This document shows, one piece after another, positions 1 through 13,800 of a stretch of 64,000 nt of DNA. Position 1 is the first letter of the stretch. Every line of letters begins with the position of its first letter. A program made the translations under genes and the position numbers. Below the pieces are notes generated by a model. It was not told the DNA's origin. It saw nothing but the letters and a program-made list of their open reading frames with translations, and did not search any database. Origin of the DNA: Balanoglossus misakiensis (taxonomy: Eukaryota > Animalia > Hemichordata); the NCBI GenBank assembly GCA_040954595.2, contig CM082578.2:11415166-11479165 (forward strand), given 5' to 3'.

Positions 1-1697
1 GTTTGATTGAAACTAAGCTGCCGCAGTACTTTTCGTCCGTGCAACAAAGGGGACGTTTTTTGTGGACCTGTGACGAAAGTGATCGATTTGTCAGATAGAC
101 GAAACGAAATGAGTAACAGGCATGTCTTATCGATGACTTGTATGTTGCCAGTTATGATAGAATTTGTTTCAGAAATAAACATTCCGTCAAAATATAAATC
201 ACACAGTGACGTCGTCTGCAGTGAGGGTTTTTCGGTGCCAAGTAGATCTGACCGTGATTTATGGCCAGCATGCATTTTGTTTTTGTTTCGGAACAAACAC
301 ATTATTTAGTAAATCGGTCACGTAGGTAGCTTGTCGTTGGAAAGTTAAATAGCTGCAATTCTTAGAGGATATTTCTTGTGAGTGAATGATATCAGTCGTG
401 AAACTTTTGGAATTTTTTGTAGAATTTTTCAGAAATAGTACATGTCTCCCTGTGAAGGGAAATGTGATGCAAAAAAATATTATTCTACTAATCGCCATTC
501 ATTAGCAAGAACATCCCAACAACAACAATAACAACAGCAACGACAACATAAGCTCTGTTGCATTAGAAACAGTGCGTATACAATTGGAATCCATTAACAA
601 TAACTATTACACAATGCAATGGTAGACAGAACCACTGAATTCAACGCGATTGCTAAATTCGATTCAATTGTCCTTTGTTTGTGGAGGAGACTCCGTCTGC
701 ACACGCACTTCAGGAGTCTTAACTAGCATAGAACACTTCATCTCCAAAACTTATTGACAAGAAAAGAAATTCCGGGATTCTTTCCACACTAGAGGAGTAA
801 TTAACAAGCAAACACTTTCGATGGCTTTCTGGTACTGGTTGCAACGTCACAGTCACCAAACCGAAGCAGACGGACGTTTGAAAAAATCAACGTGACTCTT
901 TTCCAATCGTTTACATCTTGACATCTGAAGTATCTGCAGAGGCCATCATATCAGGTGTGACCTCTCAACTCCAGTTATTTCCTGTTAATTTCACTCCTGG
1001 GTTGCATTTCAGACAATCATAATAAGTTTTTGGTTGTCTGAGGTTATATCTATACCTCTCCACTTCTTGCTTATTTGCCCATTGTCGAGACACCGCGAAG
1101 AGTCTAGACAACAACGATCTTGATAGTCAGCTCTACTAGGTAAATTACTTAGCTCTTAGCACGAAATGCGTCTACGCTTTTGTCTGGTATCTTCGCTGTG
1201 TGTGTGTTTGTGTGTCGTTTTTTCGGCTTGGTATTTTCTTGGAGTGGATTTGCGTGTAACTTGTTCGATCACACTAAATTTAAGAACTTAAGACTGTGAT
1301 TAAGGTCATTTGTTTCATCTCGCATTCAGCACATCGTCACAAAGAAAAAGATGTTGCGGAGATATTTATCTGCCAAATTAAGATCTTAAGTCTAACTATT
1401 TTTCTCCATCTAATCGAAGAGAGTTACTCCTTTATTAAATTGCCGACGTGTGGCTCTCCCGGACTAAGCTCTGCCAAAGAGGCCAAATTAATCGATTGTT
1501 ATTCATATTTAAGTCAAATCGCCCGGTATTCCGCCTCTGAGGCGATGTATGTGCCTACTACTTTAATTGATGTCGGTATAAACCGATTACTCTCGTGATT
1601 GAAGGGATCCATTCTGGTTTTCTGTGTTTCGGTGGGTCAAAAAGATGAAAAATAGCCAAGAAATGACAATGCCACTCTGGCAAATTTCGTTTGAAAA

Positions 1698-1786
1698 TCT
1701 GTCTGTCTGTCTGTCTGTATGTCTGTCTCTCTCTGTCTATCTGTCTCTGTCTGTCTGTCTGTCCCTCTCTCTCTCTCTCTCTCTCT
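1698..1786. repeat. Compound (TCTG)n/(TC)n microsatellite
   Basis: TCTGTCTG... grading into a TC run. Confidence 0.95.
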
Positions 1787-4700
1787 CGTTAAATAATTTA
1801 TGCGATTCCCTGATACCATTCTTCTACACGCACACCGTCAACTTATATTCCCAATCATGTCTTTGAATATCAAATCCAAGACTGGGGTGAAACTCGTTCC
1901 ATTTCTTGCTGGGGCGACATCAACGAACTTTCGAAATCGGGAATAAAACTGTACTTACAAATGCATGTCAAAGAATAAACATGCGTCAAAATTTACTTTG
2001 GTTACGAAACGTGTACAGCTAATCGAGCGATTCAGATTTCATAATTGGATGCGGCCAATCACGGCACGGCGTCTGTCCGCGAATGACAAATGGTACTGAA
2101 ATGTACACAAGAATTGTTCCATCTATGTTAAGAGGGATATTGTTGTTGTTTTTAAACACGTCACGTAGAACTAAATTATTGTTAAGCAATTGTCACGGCG
2201 TGAGGAAAATTTGCTTGCCACCAAGAGACACTTTGGATCTTCAAGATATTTTATGGTCAGAAAAGAAAGCTCTGATATCTTTTGTCAGTAATTAACGAAA
2301 CGACAAAATACCATCTGCGGAACATTTGCAATGACAATTACGTTCGATAATTTTAATGACAGGGAAGAAACAGTGATGTTTGTATATTCATTCAAAGCTG
2401 CGTGTCACGAGAAGACGCGACTCAACAGAGAGTTCCCGAACAACCGGTTCAAAGGGAACGGTATTCATCCACGACGGCGGCTACCATCAAAATCTATCAT
2501 CGTATCCCCTCAGATTCGCACTACCAACTTTCACTAACGCATTGACATGTTCAAAACTTACATGTACTTGGGCGTCGTATCCACCTTCCTTCCAGCAACT
2601 GCTTGGGTAAAAAAACACGGGGACGCATACACGTGGGCTTCCAAATTTAACACGGAGAAAAAAAAACAATTACACGGACGCCTGCGCACTGACCGCACAC
2701 GCCAGGTCAAAAAAGCGCAATGCGACAAACGAAACTATGAATATGCATTGAATTCATGACATAACTCCCTTTTTGAGAGCTAACTTATAAGTTTCTTGCT
2801 GGCAAAACTCACGGGGAACAATTTACCATCATGTGCCTGCATCAATACAGCTGCGATACCAACATCAGATGCATGAATTCATGACAGCAATTTTAATGAG
2901 TCCCACGGAGAAAAAAACTGAGAAAATGCCAGGAGAAAGAAATATTTAGTTTACATTTAGTGAAGTATAGATGGTGATAAAATACCCATTTTAAAGTTTT
3001 GCCTGCAGTAGGGGCGATTTCGAATCACTCAGTAATTGTGCGGTGAGTTGAATTTTTAGTAATTGAATATATATCTCTTCGCATTCTTAATTAAATTTAT
3101 CAAAAAACTGATAACCCTTTTCCTTGGAACTGAGCATATATTTAACCCCATGCAAAGTTCAAATTGGATAAATGGAACTATCAGCATATACTCATCAATT
3201 TCGGATTAACAATGCCGTGGCGTCGCTGCACTTGGAAGAAAAAACAACAACACACTATAAACCTCTCCTAGCTGGATGCGGATTTGCGTGAGGATCCGGT
3301 TCGCGAAAAAAAGACTGCCATTTGACCTTGGTTGACCAGTGACCTGTGGGCTCACTGCCCATTCGAAACCGGGGCCGAATTGGCCAAAACGTGAAGAGAG
3401 TGGACGGCCGCAGTGTTGTCACAACGGCCGTCGCACCAACAAAGATGCGGTCCCGTCAATGAAGTGTGCGTGCATGGCCCCTCAATAGGTGACACACGCC
3501 CTTGCTTTGCACAACAAAAGCCCGCAACACGACGCAGAACCCACAATATACGTGTCTGCAATATGCTGAGTACAATGACGACTCTGCTAGTGGGGGGTCT
3601 CTGCAAACGAAAGCTGGGGTCTTCAGATTGGAATCTGCGAGTCCCGCGTGGCGGGGGGCATAGGGGAGGGTACACTCATAGACGTTTTTCTTTTTATTTA
3701 TTTTCCAGTATAGTTCTGTAATACTTTTCAGACAGGAATTCAAAAGCATGACTCGGTTCGCCAGCTGACTAAAATCCTTGACTAATCTCTGTTCCGTCGA
3801 AGGACGCAACATCAATCGGTGAATTGCCTGCAAATTGGTCATTGAAACTTGAACGGTTGGTCTAATTCTGAAACCGATAAATCAAGACAAGTGTAGAAAG
3901 AGCTCCTGACAACCCGCCGAAACCGACTAGAGCGAAGTTCGCGGATTTCGCGCCCGGGGGCATATTTTTTTCGCCGTTTTCAATGTCATGGTATATTATT
4001 TCAAGTCACACCCTTCACTACTTTATAACTCGTTACATCTTTTTGTTTCCTCGTGTTTAATGTTTGGGCAATGCATGAACCAAGCAACGGCCGCTGAAAG
4101 GCCAGCAAAAAGTCAAAATGTACACGTGTTGTGCGGTCGGTGATATGCGCCCACAAATCGAACAACTAAGCCGTGCAGAGACTTATAGGGTCTTGGTAAA
4201 ATACGAAAATGAATACAGTTGCATATTTAAACGGAAAGTAAATGTTGTTGGCTCGTTTAACTCAAATTAAATGACACCGAATATGTCTACGCCACTGAGA
4301 AATATGAAAAATAATTTTGGTGCCGCGTCTGTCATAGCTTTTAAATTTTGCGAAATTCATGTTTGATACGTTTAGTTTAAAAGTACACATAGCATTATGC
4401 TTATTATTTTAGACTAGTCAGTTTTTTTTCTGTAGGTGCCTGGTAGTATATCTCCGAGAAAAATGACGACCTTGTTTTTATTTTATTTATTTATTTTATT
4501 GGAAAATTTCGTCGGCGATGAAGTGGCTGTGAGATTTATTCTGATCACTCGTGTGTTGTCCAATTGCGAGGTAGATCCTGATTTAATCTTTAATTGGGGA
4601 TATTAAAACAATTATTGCGTTAGACACATGTTCCGACTAGAAGGAAGTCGATAAGCTTTCATCTCTGCCTTCCATCGTCTTATCCTTAATTTCATATTCC

Positions 4701-6582
4701 TTGCAATCCCGGCCACGCATAATTAAGCCAGGCATCAGTCATTCTGCAGGTTTTCAAAACTTCCTGAAGAAGACATTCTGAAGTTGCTGGCGTGTCTCCG
4801 GGGACGACTAACGAAGCCTGCAACTCGATTGCGGCTACTTTGCGCGGAGCACATTTCTATTTCTCTTGTGTCCCGCGCGAAATGTGTTTTCCTCGGGTTA
4901 AAAGAAGTACGGTGTTACGGCAAGGGACGTAGCCCCGGGAAATAAACATTTTATAGCGTGTTAAGCAGGCCTTTTAAGCATTCTGTCACGTTGTAAGCGC
5001 GTAGTGAGGGAAACACGAATATGGTTTGCGTTAAAATAAATACGAAGAGGGTTCGCCTCTCAGCCACTACACGAGCTGCAGGAAACGCGGCAAATGCAGA
5101 TAGGATCGACGAAGTTAAGTTCGCCGTGGTTCTCACTGGGGCGGAATCGGTGCCCAGCGAATTTTTTTTGCGAGTTGATGCAAAACAGAAAAGATTGAGT
5201 GTCCAACAGGAATAGTGGCTTATGGGAAATGCTCTTCGCGGTAGTTTTAAACACACGAAGCGATTTCCGCGCGCGCAAAAAAAATATTAAATGTTGATCA
5301 CCAGTTTGGACATTTTGAGCAGAAAATGCAGAGAAAATATACGAGGCATAAATCTTTGTAAATTCTGATTAAGTTCTGATTCGATTTGTAAAGGACATAC
5401 ATCACGTGACACAAAGGCCAAGCTGGCGGTCCACTTTTTTCAAAACTTTAAACAAATCAAATGTCCGGCGCGAAAATTTCAGTGAAGTTGCCAACATCGA
5501 TCCTCTCCTTAACTTCATATTCGACAGTGTGAAGTTTCTTTATAAACACTCTTAATTGGCGCCAACTTGCCTTCGTGTGGGGCCAGGGTTTCACAAATAA
5601 CTTGATAAAAAGGAGACAAAAGATTTCTTTGTTTAAATACATATTTACGACGTATAAAACTGATTTTAAAGGGACCAACTTTGCATTGTTTACAAGACAA
5701 TGCGTTCAAAGCGGTGTGGGAGTCCTGTTCATCAATACCACAGATATTTATCAAAACTCAAAGTTTATCACATCCGTAAACTGCCTATTCGCGAACGACG
5801 CGACTTTATCCCAGCTGTTGCTGATACAAGTATTACCCATGCTCGAAAGGAAATGAGCGGTCTGCAGCCTCTACCATAGATCTCAATGGAACCATCCATC
5901 GCAATTTGCACCCTTCTTTCGCTGTCGATCAGATAGTTTTGTGAGTGACCATATCAGAAATATCATTGATGTGCGCGGGGGGCCCCCTGGAGTGCCGGAA
6001 CGAACTTTTATTGAAATATTTCTGGCTTTCTCTAAATTTTAATAACAGGAGCGATGTACGAGATCGCCGAGAGATACTGTTTTCTATTCAGCTGTGTTGT
6101 CTACCATCTCTGCGTCTTTTGAGTCCCTAACAGACTGTCGTTTTTGTTTCAATCTCCATACTCTATTTAACAGCCTATAACAGAGAGGAACCTGGATCGG
6201 AGATTGCACTCGGTGATCGTACTGACGGCAGATCGCATCATCCGCACCGTGAAACCAAATTCGTAGTTATCCAAGTCCCTTTCCCGATAACGGTAAGTTT
6301 GAGTTTACGTGTTATCTATCACCTTCCTGTGTGCGAATGTCTGTATATGTGTGTTTGGCGCGCAGTATCGATCAGTCGGCAGACAAGCGATCATGGCAGG
6401 CCAAACAAAATCAGCTAACTTATCGAGTTTTTTTTTACTTTTGATATCTTCGGCAAGGATGAGATATACTTAATATCAAATTGTTTTGCCACTCGTTGGG
6501 AAATGAACGTAACTTAACTGGATTTTAAGCGTGTTTCCTGCAAAGTTAGGGATTTTCGTTTTCAGATATCGATATCTCCTTT

Positions 6583-6666
6583 TCTGTCTCTCTGCTTCTC
6601 ATTCTGTCTGTCTGTCTCTGTCTGTCTATTTCTCTATCTGTCCCTGTATGTCTGTCTCTGTCTCTC
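6583..6666. repeat. Degenerate TCTG/TC low-complexity tract
   Basis: Imperfect TCTGTC repeats. Confidence 0.8.
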
Positions 6667-7739
6667 GCCCAGTCTCCTTGTATTGCTATTATGCAATTAT
6701 ACAATTCGCTCATACTGCAATTCTAAATCCGTTGAAACAATTTCCAGCCTTTACGGAATAATCGCATTTCTAAATGTTAGTATGTGAAGATTAATTTCTG
6801 TGGCAGTTTTCAACGTTGAAATAGGCCATGCTGAGATGACGAAAGGAAAGTATTGGACGTGGTTGAGCTAGCATTCTACTTACATCTTTCCGATTGCCAG
6901 GCAAATCCCCGAGTATTGTTCCCTTGTTTTTACTGATGAAATGCAGTTTGCAGCGGGAGCTACCGCTATCAGTTGGCAAGCAATCCCCAAGCACGATGCA
7001 AATAAATTGCCTCATATTGTTTTACCATTTTATAACGAATAAATCGTTCCCCCCTAAAAGATAGCTTGAAAATTGCCGCTTAAACCATAGCCAAGATGCG
7101 CTCTGACTGTTTGGGGAGCATTTCAGGTGATCAATTACCGCTCAACGGCGGACCGGACAAGTTTGTCGAGGGATTTAGAGGGGATTTGAAAAATAAATAA
7201 ATTCCTCATGCCTTTTTGCCTCCCTGAGAATATTGGCGTCTCCGCAGAGTCCGACACGCTAAGTCTTCATCATATGCGTGATCATTTTTAAAAAGTCTCC
7301 CTGCACACTTCGATGATTTAACTGTCGACGCGGGGATACATTTCTTTTATAATTGTAGCTTTTAAGACACATCTCGGACCAACTATAACGTAAATAGTGA
7401 TGGATGAAGGGTTACAGGAAAAAAAAAGCACATTCGTGACGCACTTCCAAATTGCCGTCGTCAATTTCAAAAAAGTAAAAGTTGCGATGCCCGTATCAAT
7501 AAAACAGAAAATTTCCTCTAACTTTGTCTGTGTGTGACTCGCGCTGATTCGCAGCGTGGTTCGAGCCTGTCGCGAGATGCGGCGATGTCGCATTTTATAT
7601 TTCTGTGGTGCGAAAATAAAAGTGGGAGATTTTTTTATGCATTTCCATAATGACTAGCAACGTGAGTTCAGCAGTAATTATGCCTATTGGTGTTTTGTTG
7701 ACCGATCACGAGGAGAGCTCTACACGTTCCCAAGAGTAG

Positions 7740-7862
7740 ATTTGCGACAGAAGCCATTTGACTAGGCTCCAGCTTCAGTCGGCCAATTCCCTGGTGGATC
7801 CCCGGCTACTACCCCTGTGCTCATTTCTCCCTGCTCGTAGCCAGCGCTTCTGTTTCATACGA
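7740..7862 (-). mobile_element. Possible diverged repeat fragment related to the 3' part of the 20.7-21.0 kb element
   Basis: The reverse complement contains GAGCAGGGAGAAATGA (7836-7821) versus GAGCAGGGAAGAATGA (20919-20934), 14/16 identical, with colinear flanking similarity (TATRAA..GCTGG upstream, CGGRGA..CAC..TTGGCC downstream). Confidence 0.3.
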
Positions 7863-10800
7863 ACTCGACGGCTTTTAACCGAATTTCCATGAGTCTAGAC
7901 GGAGTACTTTTTTTTATAAATTGGAACTGGAAATCCGTCGTTATCAGCGAGAATCTCAGCGAGGGCCACCATCAGTATGAACCAAAGCTGATGTCTACTT
8001 TGGGTGCTTGCAACTGGCCATGCATTCATAATGTATTCTTAACAAGTGCAGTGTCTAATTCCTTACTAAGTGCAATGGAGCCGTTTGATATTTTTTCTTC
8101 CAGATCACTCCAACCCTGCACTACTTATATACAAGTGTCTCATCGTCTTATATTTCAATCTAGCGGCAATATTTCTCACCTTCCGCGGAACCCCTTCTCG
8201 GATTATCGGCTGCCCCCTCGCCCCCGAAGCCGCGTGATAATCGGGAAGGGGCGCGCAGATGCAGCCCCCCGCGACAACCGGACAAATTGTTGGGCTATAT
8301 CTATAAATCACAACTCCGCGCTGCTGCACTCCACCGCGCTTTATTCGCCCTCCCTGTGTTGCAATCAACGGTAATTAGAGCTTGTTTGGCCAAGCTTAAT
8401 ATGATCGGCCTTGTTATACCTGTTTGGAGTGCTCTCCCGCGTCAACGACACGCACACACGGCTCGTTCAGCTGATACACCAGTCACAGCCCACTTTTCAG
8501 GTACCGAAGATCCCCCTTGCCGATATACAAAAAAACTGCTCTGGGCAAGAAACTCTTTAGAAAGAAAGTAAAACCGATGGGTCCCATGTTAGAAAGTGAT
8601 CAGTCTTTCTGCATGACAAGGTCAGGGAACCGAGCGACTGCCTTAATCGTGTTCAGGCAGAATTCGTCAAATGCTGACAGGGGCCTCCTCTAGACAGACA
8701 CAGCTGAACCGGACCGTTACATGTCATCAACACACCTTTGTAAATGCTGGCCGTCGCACCATATACGTTTGTGTATGTTACGCCACGCCACGATCCACGC
8801 CGCTTCCACTCTCGTATACTGAGTCATTTTAAAGGGGGAGATATGTTAAACTTTCTACGTTGTTTTAAGCCAAGTGGTGATTTCTGGGTGGGGGAAACGG
8901 GTTCACAGCGATGATGACGCTGTCGCACGAACCTCGTAGCGGGCGAAGTAACGCGAATGCGAGTTTACTCAACATATTCAGTTATCGTGGAATCGCTTGT
9001 ATATGGTTACGGAACAAAATTCTTGATAAAGCCAAATTCATATATAATTCACTAAGCAATTTTACTCGTCTTCCCCATGCGTGGCTTACCACGCTCTCTC
9101 TCTTCACGCTATTTTGCGCGTCACGTCAAAAAAGGGACGCTGGTGCGAGGAAATAAAAAAGGGGGAACAGTGTTTTTTATACGAAAATTCTTTAAACGAA
9201 ATTTGGAGGGGTTCAAGTCAAATTTGACCAATTAGGGTTTACTTATGCCGCGTGGTAACTTCGGTGGAGACTACAGTACATTCAATTTTGGTATTTGTTT
9301 TTTGTATGTAAATATTTGGAGTAAAGGGCTGTATTTTCGACCCCGTGTCTCCAACCCCGACTCGAATACGGCTTATAAATTACGCATCATTTTCCCATTA
9401 CACCCATATGCCGTAGTTGGTGTACCCCATATGCCGTCCTTACTTAAGGTCCCTGAATAATTCACAGTAGTGGATAGGGAACCGAAGTATTATTTTCGGA
9501 TCGCATTTCTTTGCTAAATTTAGCGATCGTAATGTTTTGTGGATACCGCGTCGTGACGAAGGTTACGTTCGCCGGAGACATTTTCTCGAGTGAACGTGTG
9601 AAAAACGTGTTACTGGCACGACATCCAAACGAGGCAGCCAAGTCGAACTTCGCATGAGTCATCCGCTGCAAAAGAGGCTGAAATCGAAAATGCGGCGCAA
9701 AAACGGGCGTCAAGAAAGCGAGAAAGTAGCGAAGAAGAACAAATGTGCGCCATTTCAGACTGAGAGACGAAACGTATACAACAGCTCAAATAATTAGTGT
9801 GTCCAAAAACTATTAACTCATTTTACTCATCCGACTTCAACCTGTATTGGTAGTGCAGTCATTTGGCAAATTACACGGCCTACATGCCGACTGCCCCTTT
9901 GTAAATGTAACAAGCCTTACAATAGCGATTTTTCTCGTAATTTGCCGGTCAGATGTATGCCCACAAAGGCCTGGCAAAGCTGTCTCCAAATTTGCAACGA
10001 TTTGCAGCAAGCGCTTGTCAACTCCTGAATGGAACGTAAAAGGGAAACCATAAAGGGAAGGCGAAATGGGCCAATTTTCTCTACCTGACTGCAGCTGTGC
10101 CTTCAATTTTTCGGGGAGGGCTAGCTGTTTGCTTTAAAATAAAACCAGTCGGAGCGTCCGATCCGATGTTGTATTTTTTGGACATTTTCTGTGTTTGCAG
10201 CCGGAACCGGATACCGCGGCGGGCGGGGTGAGGTGAGGAGGAGTCGCGCCACACAAAAAAGTCACATTGTAAAGGGGTCACTTCAGTAAAAAACCTATTG
10301 TAGTTTCCAGAGAAAAGAAGTGTTTTATTGCTTCCTCGCGGGCAGGCAATATTTGGAAAACAACCTTCAGTTAGTTGACATATCTTATACTCCGGGCAAA
10401 TAGCTCTTCCACATAATCAATCGGCGGAGTTGTGTCAATCTGACAGTTCGCCCATTGGTTTTTCCTTGCGCCTGACGTGACGTGAATATTAACCGACTGG
10501 CGTTCAACACCTCTGCCGGAGCTTTGTCTCGTGTTTTTCGCGAAGGTGCGAAATTTATTCCTGCTGATGGTGCGGGATGATAAGCGGACCAAAAAGGCAA
10601 ATTTAGAAATTAGCTCATCACTGTGTGGAGTAAACGGGTTGATGAAATCACCCGACTTGGTTAATGATAAATTCACTTTGCTGCGACTTTAATACCTTTG
10701 CGTGTGTTGCGTGTATGCATGCGTGTGCGTGTGCGTGCTTGCGAGTGCGCGCGCGCGCTCTCTCTCTCTTCATCTCTGCGACTTCTGTTGTGCATACCCC

Positions 10801-13800
10801 AAGTTGCGTTGACGCCATCAATCGTTGGGAATCGTCTAGCCTGGTTTTAATTGTAGATGACTGGGCGCTCGCTTTCTTGTTTTATCCTCCGTAAGCAAGA
10901 GCCGCTTCCAAAGGAGAACTTGCGACAACTTTTTTCAAACGGTTACCATCGTTCCCCGTCCATCGCTGTGCCTCGTCCGCTCCTCGAAACCTCTGCCGTC
11001 GACGCGCAATACTTTAAACAACTCATTAACATAATATGATAATAAGGGGCGTCTGGGGTCGTGACGCCCCAACCAACAGCGGTTTGAGAGCCCTTTTTTT
11101 CGTAGGCCACGATGTCATTTACGCATTATCGATTGATGGAATCGCCGTCGGTGGCCAGAACACTGCTCAACAACAACGGTGAACTACTGCTTTGCAGATC
11201 CTAAGTGACGCACCTTAGGTGAGCACCCCATAGCTTGTTTTATTTTTATAGGGCGGGATTTTTTCCTATAAATTTTACGGATAAATCCTCAAGGAGCGAA
11301 ATCACTGTGTTTCATTTAACCCCAGCAGTGTCGCAAATGTGGTGTGTTCTGTAGATTTCATTGATTGTTAATTTATTTTTGTCAATTGATGATCGCCGCG
11401 ATTGATTAATTTAAGAGTTCAATTTCGCAACATTTAGATTTGACAACAATCTCATTGATTTCACCCGTTGACTTCACCCATCTAATCAGAGCTGACTGAA
11501 ACTAAAAATCAAAGTCCACACTTGTGAATATTTCGCACAGCATATAATGGATCCAGCTGTAATAGTTTAGAGCTTGTAGACATTCTTATTTTTTTCGTAA
11601 GATTTTTCACAACTTTTACATGATATTGCTGTTAGATAGTTTTTCACGTAATTTCACGAATCGGAAAATACATCCACAACAATTCTCAAATGCAATTTCC
11701 TTTGCAATTTCCTTCTCAAATCCTCGTACAGCGGACTTATAAAAAGTCTTTACGGCATTTAATAGTTTGTTGTTGGTGGTGTGCTTGTGCTGTTTTTGAA
11801 AAGCGATGCACCTTGGAAGAAAGGGAAAATGATGTCGTTGTCATCACGAAGGTGTTGAGTTGGAAATTGTGGTAACTCAGTAAATGTGCGCATTTGTGCG
11901 ATACACACACAAGCACGCGCGCGCGCACGCATACACCACCGTTTCAGTGAGCGCTCATCGATTGAGTGATCACTTTTGATAAATTCCAAAATATTCGTAA
12001 ATTCTACGCCAAGAGCTAGCGCTAGTGTTCTGTCTGATATCGAAGCTCCACTGTAAGGCAAAAGCATTTCGACAGAGTTCCTCCGTACCCAAACACTCTG
12101 TTATGATCAAGCGGACAGCCTTTATCTCTTTTCCACAGTGCGCGTGTGTCACCGTGTTTTGGCGCAGTGGAGAGGAAAATTGGGAACATAATCAAATTTA
12201 GAGGAGCAACAAAAGATAAGATTTCCGGTTAAGATGTACTCTAAGTACAAACGATCGACCCGCTAGATTTCACTTGATCCACCTTGCAAGCTAGTATGAG
12301 CGAAACACATTGAGCCGTGTGTGATTTGGTGATTTTTTTTCTTCTGAAATCGACGGAAATCCCCCGGATTGTTGGGAAGTAGTGTCGGAGCTTTTCATAT
12401 CCGCTGCCATCGATTCAGTTCCCGTGAATCTTAGATGACAGAATCGGGTCGACAGCACGACGTAGTACCGTTTTGAAGAGAACGTGAAGTCTGAAATATC
12501 TATTTTGTGATTTTATATTTTGTAATTTTTTACTAGTGTCGTTGCCACCGTACGGGGAAATTGAGCTATTTTAGGGAACCGTGCTTCCCCAGTGCTTCTT
12601 AATTACGCGACAATGTCCACGCTCGTTTGCATATCTTCTCCTTTGTTTTATCGCGCGAATTTCATTTCTTCGTACAACGTTGTCAACGCCAAGCCCAGTG
12701 CGATGTTGTCTAGGTCGAGAAAGAAAGAAGAAGATAAAAAAACGCGACATGTTGTGATGATGGCGATCCTGACATAACGACCTTCAGTTGCCTGATCGTG
12801 GTTCTTTGTTTACAGTAAAAAGCTTTCAATTTTATACGATCCGCACTCGTGCACAGGTGATATACGATTTATATGTGGCTTAATGGGCAAAGACCACTGT
12901 ACTCATCACCACGTTCAATTCCGCAGAAAGGGAAGCTATCATCATCATGACGTCCTCAATGTTCCAGTTGTAACTCCAGTTGTTAAATTGTACTAGTTGC
13001 CAGAGGGAAATAATGAAATCGCGAAAATTTCGCCTTGGAAGCAAAACCACGATGCGATCGTGAGACTGTAGTACATAATACCGGATATTTTTTTAACATG
13101 GAATTTGTAATTCAGAATCGATGCCGACGGTAAATTTCCTCATTAAGTGCGTGATGAGTTTTTCATTGTTAAAATGATAGCAGGAACGACTAGCGACAAA
13201 AGCACGTCACCGGGCAAAGCCAGACAGCTATAGTAGTTTTATGGAAATAAATGGTATCTATATTATGAAATACGGTAATTAAGACTCGCCACGACAATCT
13301 AGCGAAGAGGAGAATGTTAAAGTATGTTAAAATGGACAGTCTCTTGAGACCTCGCTCCAAATGCTACGCACGTTGATCCGTATCTGGTTGCTGCACCTTT
13401 CAAAAGTGGTTAAATAGAGGGAAGGAGGCAGTGCGTCTGCGCAATGGGTCCCGCTGCTAAAAGGAGCTGTCTCGCTTAATATCAGCGCAGTAAAGATAGG
13501 TGACGGCATCGAAAATTAAATTTACACCTCGAGTTGTCATCTGCCACCTACACACACTTGGCCTCCTTATGAAATGAAATGATACAAATGTGTTCAAAAT
13601 TGATAAATTTAAACTCCGGCAAAATTGGCGAGAGTCGCCCCGGCGTTTATAGTACCTGGCCGCGCGCAGAGCAGAATAAAGCAATAAAACATAATTGAAT
13701 CGAGTCACCTAATTTATTCGAAGGGGGATTTGCCTCCGCTGGAGGCAGAACACCTCTATTTCATTAAATAAAGAAGGCAGCGATCGCTCTTTAAACTGAT

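Noticed and set aside
7889-8374. 161-aa ATG-initiated ORF, the longest outside GATA
   Set aside because: No recognisable domain or coding-like composition, and the length is attainable by chance in 64 kb.
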